A stretch of 64,000 nt of DNA from Savitreella phatthalungensis (lineage: Eukaryota). The translations under genes and the position numbers were made by a program. The stretch's first letter is position 1; each line of letters begins with the position of its first letter. The notes beneath the pieces were generated by a model that saw nothing but the letters and a program-made list of their open reading frames with translations, had not been told where the DNA came from and did not search any database. The stretch lies in the NCBI GenBank assembly GCA_051599415.1, contig AP039691.1:372001-436000 (forward strand), written 5' to 3'. Below, in pieces: positions 10,588-21,254 of the stretch.

Positions 10588-12204
10588 TCAACGATCCACG
10601 TCCTCTTCCTCACCATTCGCGACATGATCCGACTCGTCGGCCTCGTCATCTGTCTCCATATTCAATCGGCGGAACTGCTTCAGCAAGTCGACGTCAGCTG
10701 ACGCTGACAGCTCTTTTGCATCTAGACACTCTTGCCGCGCAGTCATGATCGTCAAGATAATGGACAGCGTGTTAGCAAGGTCTTGGCTCTGGACGGCGAG
10801 GTCGCCGACCAGGAGCGTTCGTAGTGGCGCTCGGGCATCTCCGCAAGCCAGTCCGACTACCGCTACTTGTGTCCCGCAGACAGCAATCGCATACACGCTC
10901 ACTCCTGATGCCAATGCGCTGGCTGTTTGTCGGTGTTCACGTTCTGCTGTGACGTAAGTCTCTGCCGTTTGCCGATGCAGAGTAGCGAGCTTGTGTAGCC
11001 ATCGAGTGACTTTGTCCTCGACTTGCTTCGCTGCCCGTCTGTCATCGTCATCGCGTTCCAGACTACCTCGACAGCACCGCAAAAAACGTCCGAGTATCTC
11101 GTCTCTCAGACCAGCGTCCTTCCGCGCCCATGTACAGAAGCGCTGAATCTCGTCCTTCACCAGCCCTTCGACACCTGTCTTGATGCGCTGTGGCTGCTTT
11201 GTGTTTCGCTCAGATTCTCGCTGTGTCATTCGTGCTCGTACGCGGGAGCCGAGCCGCATTAGAGCTTCAATTGCCATCTTTGCGCGCGTCTCTCCGCTCG
11301 TCCCGTATCGCCCGAGCGATCTGATCGGCGGAGCTGCGCTACCTGTTCGTAGAGATATCGGATCCGATGAAAACACCCATCGTGGCAATCTTGGAAAGTC
11401 TTGAACCCAGGATCCTGGCAATACTCCGCAAAACCGCCGCTCAGAGCGTCCGCCGTTGCGGGCTAGCAGCATTTCAGCGAGATCGCGCAGACGCGGAGCG
11501 ATGACGAGATCGAAATTTGCCGGCAGCGGCGACTGACTGAGGGCTTCGACAGGATCCCTGAGTGGCTGTGTCGATTGCGTCTGTATGGGCGTGGTCGATT
11601 GGACGAGTGGTGAGCGAGTTCGCGTGCGTCCGCGATGGGCGCCGTGGCAAATTGGACCGATCGGAGAATACCGCTGCTGCCGGGTGGCCATCCCGCTTGT
11701 GCCTGTACCCCTGGAAGACGATCGCCGCGGATTTGCCACCGTCACCGGTGTGCGTGGCGTTGCCAATCCTGTCCAATGGTCCTCAGGTTCAGTCGTCACG
11801 CCGATTGTCAGGGATGTGGTTTTGCAAGCATCGTCATCGCTGTGGTCGCTGTTCTGCGAGACTGGATCGTCCAATTCTGCTGTGACCGCACATCGCTTGA
11901 CGCCAGACATTCCATAGACATTCTCTTCTTCCGCCGTGTCACCACCAACGCGACTTATCGTATCGCCTGTTACTTCGGCTGCGCTGGCCACGGTCGGCGC
12001 AACAGGTGCAGAGGTTGTCGCACCCATGGGTACACTTAGCCCAATCCGGTAGGTCATGCCGGAGGTCGATATCGCTAGCATATCGGTAGGAATGCCGAAA
12101 GGTCGGAGACTCAGGGAAGGGAGCGTGACCCAGTCAGGCCGAGGACACAGAGGTGCTTGGAAACTGTTTGTCGCGAGTTCCAGCTCATTCGCCGGCCCAC
12201 TCAC
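10588..12204 (-). CDS. Hypothetical protein (disordered N-terminus, predicted folded C-terminal half)
   Basis: 538-codon ORF with protein-like composition. Start uncertain (GTG in the track). No family recognised. Confidence 0.65.
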   Translation of the reverse strand: MSGPANELELATNSFQAPLCPRPDWVTLPSLSLRPFGIPTDMLAISTSGMTYRIGLSVPMGATTSAPVAPTVASAAEVTGDTISRVGGDTAEEENVYGMSGVKRCAVTAELDDPVSQNSDHSDDDACKTTSLTIGVTTEPEDHWTGLATPRTPVTVANPRRSSSRGTGTSGMATRQQRYSPIGPICHGAHRGRTRTRSPLVQSTTPIQTQSTQPLRDPVEALSQSPLPANFDLVIAPRLRDLAEMLLARNGGRSERRFCGVLPGSWVQDFPRLPRWVFSSDPISLRTGSAAPPIRSLGRYGTSGETRAKMAIEALMRLGSRVRARMTQRESERNTKQPQRIKTGVEGLVKDEIQRFCTWARKDAGLRDEILGRFLRCCRGSLERDDDDRRAAKQVEDKVTRWLHKLATLHRQTAETYVTAEREHRQTASALASGVSVYAIAVCGTQVAVVGLACGDARAPLRTLLVGDLAVQSQDLANTLSIILTIMTARQECLDAKELSASADVDLLKQFRRLNMETDDEADESDHVANGEEEDVDR

Positions 12205-12518
12205 ACTACCATCCCTTCTCGTGATCGGTAATCGGAGTAGGCGTGGCAGGCAACAGGCTTTTATGTCTGAGACACTCGCGATCCACGCTTACACACACAA
12301 ACACACAGATGATAACAACAGACGCGTCACAATGCGCACGGTTCCCGTGCACGGACTCATCCCCTTTGAGTAATTCTTCAGGATCACATCGGCTGCGTAC
12401 TGCCGGAATCGTCGGCCGAGAGACGGAGAAGAACAATGTCGAGCACACAAAAGAAATGTTTCAAAAAACTTCGCACTGGCTACAATGTAGCAAGAATGAT
12501 GAGATGACTTAGTGGTCA

Positions 12519-13514
12519 TTAGATCCTCCGGGACGTAGTTGCAGGTGGCGAGGAACTCGCTGCTGAAGCTACGGCTGCAGGCGACGACGCGCTTGTCGAA
12601 GGGGTGGACGGTGTCGGTGACTCGGGCACGTGATTGAGTGAAGACGATGATGTGGGTCGTCCTGATGGGGTGAAAGATGCTCCCGCAGCCAGACCGGAAG
12701 GCGTTGGAGTGCCAGAGGGTGATTGGTCATGACCAGACCTGTCATCACTTCCGTCGTTGGTTGGGGTTCTTTCATCGTCGTTCGGGTCACTTCCCTCATC
12801 CTGAGGATCGGCGGTGTCCGTGGCATTGAACTTGTCTGTCATCTTGAACGGCTTCGATACCTCGAGCTCGTCCGCGTACACAAGCGAATCCTTCGAAACA
12901 TGGATACCCTTTGTCTGTTTTAGCGCTTCGATGACATCCTGCGGTGTGTCCGCACTCAGGTGCATTCCATTGATGATGTCAAACTTGCCCAGAATGTAAG
13001 GATGATTCGTGGGCTGTTTCGTGTGGCCTGCTGGCATGTTTTGGTAGTCTGTAGCGTTAGTCTCGAGGAGCTGCATTGTCTTCGGGTGGAGGAGGCTCTC
13101 AATGCCAGTCTGCGACTCCGAGAAGACAATAGTACCGAGCGCTCCATCATCATCGTCCTCGTCTCCTGCACCCGTTTTGTCGCTACCCGAGTCCTTGGGG
13201 TCGCTCTCGTTCCCAGCTCCTAGCTCAAATGAGTTTGTCGCGTTATCTCTGTCGATGTTGTGCACCGATGAATTCTCTGTACTCAGCGGCGATTGTGATG
13301 GCAGAGGCGCAGAAACTGTAGGACCGGTCGGCGTGAGAGTGACCGAAGGTGTTCTCGGCAGTCCGTTCGAAGGGACAGACTCAGAAGGATCAGATGGAGA
13401 TGCTTTTAGAACTTTGTCGGATGGCGCCGATTTGAGGGCGTCACTAGAAGCGGACGTATTGATCGTGGCCGCGAGGGCAAATGCAACGAAAGGTAGATAA
13501 ACTGCGAGCAGCAT
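12519..13514 (-). CDS. Secreted Ser/Thr/Asp-rich hypothetical protein
   Basis: Signal peptide MLLAVYLPFVAFALA, N-glycosylation sequons, and S/T/P-rich flanks around a ~100-aa core. Confidence 0.75.
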   Translation of the reverse strand: MLLAVYLPFVAFALAATINTSASSDALKSAPSDKVLKASPSDPSESVPSNGLPRTPSVTLTPTGPTVSAPLPSQSPLSTENSSVHNIDRDNATNSFELGAGNESDPKDSGSDKTGAGDEDDDDGALGTIVFSESQTGIESLLHPKTMQLLETNATDYQNMPAGHTKQPTNHPYILGKFDIINGMHLSADTPQDVIEALKQTKGIHVSKDSLVYADELEVSKPFKMTDKFNATDTADPQDEGSDPNDDERTPTNDGSDDRSGHDQSPSGTPTPSGLAAGASFTPSGRPTSSSSLNHVPESPTPSTPSTSASSPAAVASAASSSPPATTSRRI

Positions 13515-13773
13515 CGCCAGTGGGATGTTGACCCTCAGTTGATCAGTTGTTTGTCGGCGAATGCCTCTGTAGACGGGTACTCGGGGTCCTTGCAGGCTTT
13601 TAAGAGTCGGGCGCGGTTCTCGGAGATGATCGTTCTTGACGGTATGAGGTTGTCACGCGATGATCACACGTGAGCTGACTTGCACCCGATGTGCGACCCG
13701 GCCCGATAGGCCGCCAAGCTGAGTAAGGTCGGTATACTTTTTCCGTCGTTCTGAGGTCTACGGCGTGACACCA

Positions 13774-15336
13774 TCACGTCGATGAGGACAGAACCCTTAT
13801 CCCGCTTGTCTCTGCAGTTGCCGGAAGTACAAGTCGCGCGATCCGGGATCGACTCGCATGCTCTCTCCATCTCTTCCCGTAGAACCACATTGGCACGGTC
13901 AGCAGATTGACAACCAGATTGATGAGAGCCATAAACTCCATGACGATCACCACACCGTGTTTTTGAATGGCTCCATTGATGGCTGATGCGATAACAAGTA
14001 GCAGTATGCTCTTGGCAAGACCAAGCGCGACGAAAGCCTCGTTTGCCAGTTGCTCATGACTGTCGATGACGTACGTCAGGGCTACAGAATTGGTCCAGGG
14101 TAGGGAAGCAGCGAGCACTGCAAAGAAGAAGAGCGCTAGCGCGAGTTGTCCTCGGATGACCACCTGACCGAATCCGAGGAAACCAATGGTCGCGAGCACA
14201 GTTGCCACGAGCATTCCTGGCAAGCGAAATTCAGGCTCCATCACACCACGATTGCGCGCTGCGAGTTTCCGAAGCAGCCAGTCAGTTGCGATACCCGCCA
14301 CTGGCTGAGAGACACAGAATCCGACGACAGCAGGTAAGCTCGTAAGGCCGACGCCGATCGGACCAAGGTTGTACGGTGGTGCTGCGAAGATCTGGACGCT
14401 CGACAGTGCGAAGCCGATGATCCACGTCATATTGAGACCATTGACAATCGAGCCGTACAGGACCGCAGGGTATGCAAACAAGATGAGCGGATTCAGCGTC
14501 AGCCTCCAGAGCGGCACTTCGGTGAAACGCTTCTCTTCGTGTCTCCACCTGGAGCGCCTCACGCGTGCTCTGATCTGCTGCTCAAGCGGATGCGAGATCA
14601 GCGGTTTCACATATGCGGTCTCTGGGACGAGAAAGTAGATACAGATGAAGACGACAGCGAATGTTGGCCCTGCAATGAGAAAGAGTGCACGCCAGCCGAG
14701 TTTCTCGACGACAATCGCGCCGCCGACTTGCGAGAAGGCGAGCGATATCCCCGAGGCGAGTCCCCAGATTGACAGATAGGTCGCTCTCTGGTGCACTGGG
14801 AAGAGATCAACGACAGATGCTGACACAAGCGTCTCGAATGGTGCACACGCCGCTCCTTGAAGCAGTCGCGATATTGTGACCTCCACCAACGTTTTCGCTC
14901 GCCAAGTCCACAGACATAAGGGAATGAGCGTCAATGTCGACCATAGGTACAAAGGTCGTTTGCCGTATACAAGCGCTAGCGCTGTTGTGATGAACGTGGT
15001 AATCCCGACAGAGATTGCGAAAACACCAGCCAGGATCAAGGTTGTGGTATCAATCGAAGCCCGAAGTTCGTTCGAGACCTGCCCGAAACTTGTTGTTACC
15101 ATTGGACCTAAAGCGGTTGTCAAAGCGCTTGCGCCACTGATGATGCTGAAGACAAACACTTTCTTGCGTGTCGTCCACAGTATGGGATTCTTCGGATCGA
15201 TATATGGGACAGTCGCATTGTGGTCATGAAAACTCGACGTCTTTGCTTTTGATGCTTGAGAGCGCGTCTCATCTCTCGTGGCATACGTGATCGTGATCCG
15301 CGGTATCGGCATTTGTGCTGCGTTACCGACGCTCAT
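13774..15336 (-). CDS. MFS transporter (DHA1/Hol1-like)
   Basis: DPKNP..W..RKK, YGKRPLYL, SV.DLFPVHQRA, PETAY and MEPEFRL motifs, with ~12 TM segments. Confidence 0.9.
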   Translation of the reverse strand: MSVGNAAQMPIPRITITYATRDETRSQASKAKTSSFHDHNATVPYIDPKNPILWTTRKKVFVFSIISGASALTTALGPMVTTSFGQVSNELRASIDTTTLILAGVFAISVGITTFITTALALVYGKRPLYLWSTLTLIPLCLWTWRAKTLVEVTISRLLQGAACAPFETLVSASVVDLFPVHQRATYLSIWGLASGISLAFSQVGGAIVVEKLGWRALFLIAGPTFAVVFICIYFLVPETAYVKPLISHPLEQQIRARVRRSRWRHEEKRFTEVPLWRLTLNPLILFAYPAVLYGSIVNGLNMTWIIGFALSSVQIFAAPPYNLGPIGVGLTSLPAVVGFCVSQPVAGIATDWLLRKLAARNRGVMEPEFRLPGMLVATVLATIGFLGFGQVVIRGQLALALFFFAVLAASLPWTNSVALTYVIDSHEQLANEAFVALGLAKSILLLVIASAINGAIQKHGVVIVMEFMALINLVVNLLTVPMWFYGKRWREHASRSRIARLVLPATAETSGIRVLSSST

Positions 15337-15555
15337 CGACACGGCCGGTCGTTGAAGGTAAGACCGACGGCTTCATGATGAGGAGTCTATCCGTCACATT
15401 TGGATGTTGGCGGACACGACTGACACGGGTGATGCGTGCATTAACTTTGATGCTAGCTGAAACCCCTAATGTCAAATTATTCCTTTATGGCTGACAACAT
15501 CGTCGAAGTGTGTTTGAAAGCATGAGACACACTGCATTTGCAACTGCAAGCTCCA

Positions 15556-17649
15556 TTAGGTGCGACTTGCGGATGCTTTGGGCGTGCCGACCGACGGACT
15601 CAGGGTATGTGCGGTCGGTGTAGGCTGCAAGCTGGGCGTCGGGGTGGCCATAACGACAGGTATTGTGGCGGAGACCGAAACTGTGGCGCTGGCAGATTCA
15701 CTTCCACGTGTTGGTGCTGGAGAAGTGACAGATGCACTTGCTTTGCCGCTGCTACCATCGCCGACGCCTTGCAACCACAATTTGCATGCCTGGACGATCC
15801 TTGACTGAGCATCCTTGACCTCAGCTGGAGCGACAAAGGCAGAGCCGGCCTCAGTTCCAAATTCGTCCCAATGCGCGACACCGTTGGAAAGCAGGATGAA
15901 AGGTGCCGAAGGGCTGTCAGTCCTTGCAAAGTCATTTGCCGGTGGAATTGCCATACTCGGCCAGTCACGGACCTGCTGAGCCCCCTTAGAACCAGCTGTC
16001 TGAAGCGCGGCCGAAGTCGAAGGAGGGCTACTGGCCGACATTGCGCTGCCTGACTTGACGGGCGAGGTTGACAGTGCCGATGGCGTGGGCACAGCAGATG
16101 TCGAAACAGCGGCAGACGGCGTTGATGTAGGCGATTCCTTCGATCGGGCACGTGTATGATGTTGCGAGTCAATTTTGGCGTACTGCGAATGAGCGCCTGC
16201 GTGGATGAATGCATCAAGAGCGCCATCGACCAGAGCCATATTCGTCACATTGAGATGAAATCCAGCAGCAGCGTTGATGACATCGACTGTCGGGCCTCCA
16301 GCTGGGATGGCCGCCGGCAGGTCGTGAAAGACCGCAATACACTGACCGTATACATAGTCGTGTGTAATCGCTTTAGAGATGAGTCGTGCGTGCGATGCGT
16401 CCGGGTCGTTTGGTAGGCGCATACCCAGCTCGGTGCACTGTTGGTACAGATACGGGCGAAATGTAGCCTGCGTGCTGAAGTCATCTCGAGCGGCAGCGGA
16501 TCCCCTGTAGCCGCTATAAGAGGCAAAACAGGATGGCACATCGGAGCTGCAAAATTTCAATGTCAGAATATTGAATGAGTAGTCGGCCCAGTTTGCAACC
16601 ATGTGCTTTACATCGGCCTCTGAGTAGCTGCCGATTTGGTGCGATGCGGCATTAGCCAGGGATGATACGTCCTTTGTCAATGCCGCGCAAAACTCCTTGA
16701 GCCAGCCACCATCATCGCGATCCCAGCGTTGAGCTTGCCAGAAACTAAGCGGGATCGTGAGAGAATTGAGGAAGTCTGTGTCGTCCAGCGTATCCATGAA
16801 GAAATCCGACTTGATCTGCTGCACGGCTCCCTTGTCGAACTGGTTGTCAATATACTCGACGGACCGGACGACTGCATCGCGACAGCTAGCCGGCATACGC
16901 TCCATGATGGTTGTCCAGTACTCCCAGAAGTCACTAGAGCGATGAAGAGAGCCGGAAGAAACGACAGCTCCGACAAACAGGTCTGGATACTGCTTTCGTA
17001 GGATCGCAGCCAGGACACCACCGTATCCAGCCCCCCAGACGATCCATGGGGCGCTTGACTCCACACCCAGTTGCTTTCCTGCTGTCTTCCGGAAGTTGAC
17101 GAAGTCGTGAAGGGTCTGATTGACGGTCAGGTACTTCAAATTCTCTGTCTTGTAGTCCGGAAACGGCAAGCTCTGCCCGTAGTATCGATGTTCAATCAAG
17201 ATAGCCTTTGAATCAGTCTCCTCGGCGATGATGTTGCCGATACCCGTCTGCAAGGTCGATAATCTCTTCGTTGCATCCGCCTCGCCGCCTAAGAGCAAGA
17301 CGATCGGACCTTTCCCCGCGTACCAGTCATCGTTGACCCAGAAGCGCTGTTTGAAAGTGGACACATTACCAGACGAAGTATGGTCGATTGGTTGATCGAA
17401 AGTGCCTGCAGTCGTGACGGCAAGTAATTGAGCATATGCCGGCGCGTCGAGAGCGTCTTGCGATGATGGCGCTGCAATGGCCTGCTGCACGGTCGACGCA
17501 AGCCGACCAGTCCGACCAGTAGATCTGACGCCGGCCAGCGCGGGCTCTCCATTGGAAAGCAATTCAAGGAGCCGAGTGTCCTGCCTGGCAAGAACAACTT
17601 GTCCACCTAATAGCCAAGTAAAGGTGAAAGATGTCTTGAGTCCGACCAT
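15556..17649 (-). CDS. Secreted peptidase S28 family homolog, catalytic Ser apparently absent
   Basis: FDQPIDH..TFKQRFWVN, GPIVLLLGGE, IEHRYYGQSLP, LKYLT..Q.L.D and QQCTELG motifs. The nucleophile elbow reads GAGYGG instead of GGSY.G. Confidence 0.9.
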   Translation of the reverse strand: MVGLKTSFTFTWLLGGQVVLARQDTRLLELLSNGEPALAGVRSTGRTGRLASTVQQAIAAPSSQDALDAPAYAQLLAVTTAGTFDQPIDHTSSGNVSTFKQRFWVNDDWYAGKGPIVLLLGGEADATKRLSTLQTGIGNIIAEETDSKAILIEHRYYGQSLPFPDYKTENLKYLTVNQTLHDFVNFRKTAGKQLGVESSAPWIVWGAGYGGVLAAILRKQYPDLFVGAVVSSGSLHRSSDFWEYWTTIMERMPASCRDAVVRSVEYIDNQFDKGAVQQIKSDFFMDTLDDTDFLNSLTIPLSFWQAQRWDRDDGGWLKEFCAALTKDVSSLANAASHQIGSYSEADVKHMVANWADYSFNILTLKFCSSDVPSCFASYSGYRGSAAARDDFSTQATFRPYLYQQCTELGMRLPNDPDASHARLISKAITHDYVYGQCIAVFHDLPAAIPAGGPTVDVINAAAGFHLNVTNMALVDGALDAFIHAGAHSQYAKIDSQHHTRARSKESPTSTPSAAVSTSAVPTPSALSTSPVKSGSAMSASSPPSTSAALQTAGSKGAQQVRDWPSMAIPPANDFARTDSPSAPFILLSNGVAHWDEFGTEAGSAFVAPAEVKDAQSRIVQACKLWLQGVGDGSSGKASASVTSPAPTRGSESASATVSVSATIPVVMATPTPSLQPTPTAHTLSPSVGTPKASASRT

Positions 17650-18678
17650 TGCTGGAGGCTGACGGATAAGGGTCGTCTGTGGAGTTGGAGAGGTTGGGCA
17701 ATGTCTTCTCACAGAATTGAAGACAGTCTCTCATGGAAGCCGGGTGATATTGTCTTTAATGAGAGCCACATCTGGTACAGAGGTCGGAGAGTTTGAAGTC
17801 AGCAGACCAACCATCTAAGCGAAGCACACAAAGCACGCGATGAGGATTGATGGTCGGATGCATGGTCGAAGCGGAGAACGGGATTGAATGGTAGATGGAG
17901 GCCGCCAGGCGGTGTGCTCTTCCCGGCATCAAGCATCAGGACAATGCTGAATACATAAGCTCGACAGCGTGCTTTACAAGCTCGTGATAGTGTGCCTATT
18001 GGGTGATTGAAGGCCAACAGGCAGGAATGCAAGCGATATGCTGTGGTAGAGCCAAAGGTCACGGTCATCATCTGTGTTCAGATGAGGCAGATACTGTGCA
18101 GGGATGCTCGCGCGGGACTAAACGGAGCCAAGAAATGTCTGCCGCATATTATGTCGTTCTCTGAGTCTCGGTCCGTGGCTGGTATAGCCTGAATGCTGCC
18201 TCAGGACGCGCGTGGGCGAGGAAGCTCGTGCGGGCGAATCAAATGTACTTGCCCACAGCATAATGACGCTTGTATCGAATTGAGCTTTTGATGTGACAGC
18301 GATGGCTTCAGCTAGACGCAGAAGCTGATCAGATGCTCGTGGATATAGGCTCAAAGACTTTCCTTGCCATCGTTGTCAAGACAAACTTTGGGACACGCTA
18401 TATTTGGTTCTATCGTTCATCCGGGTTGCCATCACCCTCGTGGGTTCTTCGGCAGAATCCAGGGATCAAGATGAAGGATCTAAGATCAATCTTTTGATAT
18501 CATAACATATCATAGCATGGATGATCAAACAACCCAGCTTACATGTTGTGTTGAAGATGCAGGTACGTAGATACGTAGCTAGGTGTAAAGTTCAGTCACT
18601 AAATTTGAATCGCATTGTACGTATCGGGTACACAGCTAGACACATATACACACGGATCAGCCGAGAGTTGAAGAGCAT

Positions 18679-18710
18679 GATATCGATCCCGATATCGATA
18701 TCGATATCGA
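18679..18710. repeat. (GATATC)n palindromic microsatellite
   Basis: gatatcgatcccgatatcgatatcgatatcga. Confidence 0.8.
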
Positions 18711-18794
18711 ATAAACCGAAACAACTCGCTCTAGCCTATCGTTTTTCTTTTCTTTTGATGTTGTCTATTGATGTTTGGAGATATCCGCCCAGTA

Positions 18795-19244
18795 GAGTCA
18801 GAGGATAAGGAAAGTTCCCTTTCCCGATCTGGCCAATCACAAAAAACAAAATGAATTTAGAACTTCAGTCAGGTCGAAGCAAATCACACTAAGCACAAAG
18901 CTGAATGAGGTTACAACAGAATTCGTAGATCGTTTATGCCGGACAAGCCGAAGATTCGGTAATTTGACTCGACAAGAACGAGACTCCCGAAATGCTCAAC
19001 ATGCAGTTCATGATAGAGTCAAAGTGACGCAAGAGAGTCAGACCTTCTGATATAATCATCTTTACATCCTCATCGACAACGATAACAGCAAAAAGGTCTC
19101 ATCCAAGAAAGTCTTGTGACTTGATCTTGACGAGATTTGTGACAGTGTGGATTAATCATCCAGCCAAAGATCTCTCATCCGAATCGCTCTTATCTTCTCT
19201 CTGGACGATCATCTACCTTTCTTCTAAACAGAGCACTTCTTATC
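18795..19244 (+). promoter_or_regulatory. Putative arginase upstream region with clustered TGACTC (Gcn4/CpcA-type) and GATAA (AreA/Gln3-type) cores
   Basis: GAGTCA/TGACTC at 18795, 18965, 19016 and 19035. GATAA or CTTATC at 18804, 19081, 19189 and 19239. These are short motifs and function is inferred only. Confidence 0.35.
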
Positions 19245-19256
19245 CCTCGTGCACAA

Positions 19257-20249
19257 ATGCTGCAGTCATATCGATTCCTCTCGGAGCGTCGAGTGAATAT
19301 CGTCCGCGCACCTTTCAGCGGCGGTCAGGGCAAAGGAGGTGTCGAAGCAGGACCTCAAATGCTCATCGATGCAGGCCTTCCAAAACAGATCGAGCGAGGA
19401 GGTTGGCAAGTCTCTCTTCCTGAGGCTCTCAATATCGAAAGTCTCAGACCACCTATCGTCGAGCAGGCGGTCGGTAAGATGCGCAACGTCAAATTTGTTG
19501 CAGAGGCAGCTCGGATGGTCGCACAGGCCTGTGAAGCTTCAGCAAAGTCCGGAGCACTGACGCTCACCCTCGGCGGCGACCACTCGCTCGGGATTGGCAC
19601 GATTGCTGGCGCACTCGCAGCCAGACCAGACACTGTCGTCCTGTGGATCGATGCACACGCCGATCTCAACACTCCGGAATCGACAGAATCCGGCAACCTA
19701 CACGGATGTCCCCTGTCATTCCTGCTCGGGCTCGCTGGCACACCAGAATCATTGCCGGAACCTTTAAGGTGGATTCCTGCGGCGTTGAAAGCCCACAGGC
19801 TTGCCTACATCGGTCTCCGCGATATCGATCCAGAAGAGCGGCGACTGATTCGCGAGCATGGCATCGCCGCGTACTCCATGCATCACATCGATCGCGACGG
19901 TATCGGAGCAGTGGTACGCGCAGCGCTCGACCGCATCAACCCAGACCGCACACGTCCAATACACCTGTCATACGACGTTGATGCACTCGACCCGGTGTTC
20001 GTTTCTGCAACGGGCACACCTGTTCGAGGCGGCCTGACTTTCCGCGAGGGCACCTTCATTTGCGAGGCTGTAGCTGAGACTGGATGTCTTGTGTCGATGG
20101 ACGTGGTCGAGGTCAATCCTTCTCTAGCAGCAGTCGCCGCCCAGGAGCGCGGTGACACCGACAACCGCATTGCAGAGATCGAGCTACGAAAGACAGTCGA
20201 AATCGCCAACGCTCTTGTCCGATGCGCTCTTGGCGAGACTCTGCTGTAA
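19257..20249 (+). CDS. CAR1: Arginase
   Basis: GGDHS, DAHADLN, SGNLHGCP, SYDVDALDP, ATGTPVRGGL and VEVNP; all Mn-binding motifs are intact. Confidence 0.97.
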   Translation: MLQSYRFLSERRVNIVRAPFSGGQGKGGVEAGPQMLIDAGLPKQIERGGWQVSLPEALNIESLRPPIVEQAVGKMRNVKFVAEAARMVAQACEASAKSGALTLTLGGDHSLGIGTIAGALAARPDTVVLWIDAHADLNTPESTESGNLHGCPLSFLLGLAGTPESLPEPLRWIPAALKAHRLAYIGLRDIDPEERRLIREHGIAAYSMHHIDRDGIGAVVRAALDRINPDRTRPIHLSYDVDALDPVFVSATGTPVRGGLTFREGTFICEAVAETGCLVSMDVVEVNPSLAAVAAQERGDTDNRIAEIELRKTVEIANALVRCALGETLL

Positions 20250-20339
20250 CAAAGAGCATTGCTGTACTCAAGCTCGGCTGACGGCGTGGCTGATGAAGTT
20301 TAAGCGTCTTGCACGTGATCGTCTAGGCATGACCAGAGA

Positions 20340-20398
20340 CATAGGCATAGGCATGAGCATGAGCATGATCATGAGCATAAACATGAGCATAGAGATGA
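20340..20398. repeat. Degenerate hexamer repeat (CATGAG)n
   Basis: cataggcataggcatgagcatgagcatgatcatgagcataaacatgagcatagag. Confidence 0.8.
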
Positions 20399-21254
20399 CT
20401 ACCCGGCTAAGTATGCATTCATAAACCCACCTGAGTCGACCCCGAGTTCAATACTTTGTGCATCCTGTGTCCTCTTCACGACATCCTCACGTCCAACTCC
20501 ATGACGGCCGATGGTATATGTAGAACGGCGGATGATCCCCTAAGACAATCGAAGAGAGTTGGAATTATGGAAACCTAGTTGATTTAGCGCACTGCATGTG
20601 GAGGATCGACGTAGATTGCACGAATTTTGATACCAAGCTAGCAAAGGTCAGGCTGAACGGAGAAATGTGATCGGATCAATCACGATCAATATTGACCCGA
20701 TCACGTCAGAATGGTGGAAGAGCACATCAGGGCGCGTGCTGCACCACATCGGCCAACAGACAAGTAGCAGTAGCAGCACTCGTTCCAGCTCAGTCAGAGG
20801 TTAATACAATGGCAACGTCAGAGACAGGAGAGAGCAAGCTCTCGTCTGCTTCCAGCTTGACATCTGGTCTCTCCAGCTTTCGTGCTCGATAATTACGGAG
20901 AACACGCTGCGGGACACTACCATGGCTAAACTTGGTGCACGCGCCGCCCACGACTCCGCCCTCTGGCCTGTAGAATTCAGCCAATAGGGAGTCGTCCCTC
21001 TTTTCAGATTTGACTTCTTCTTTCACGATCAAGGTCTTCGGATCGACGGCGTGCCTGCTGACGAGATGGCGTGCTCCGCTGGTGGTAAGCACTGATGTCC
21101 GTGTCCGCATACCCAGAACTCATGCCTCCGCTCGTGACCTGTCTTACGAGGCTCGGAAATTTGGATCGTGGATTGGTCGCGGCGCTATAAGAATCCGTGT
21201 ATCTGCCCTTCACCAGGTCTCATACTTTCGTCTTCTTTCCATCCATATTTGACC

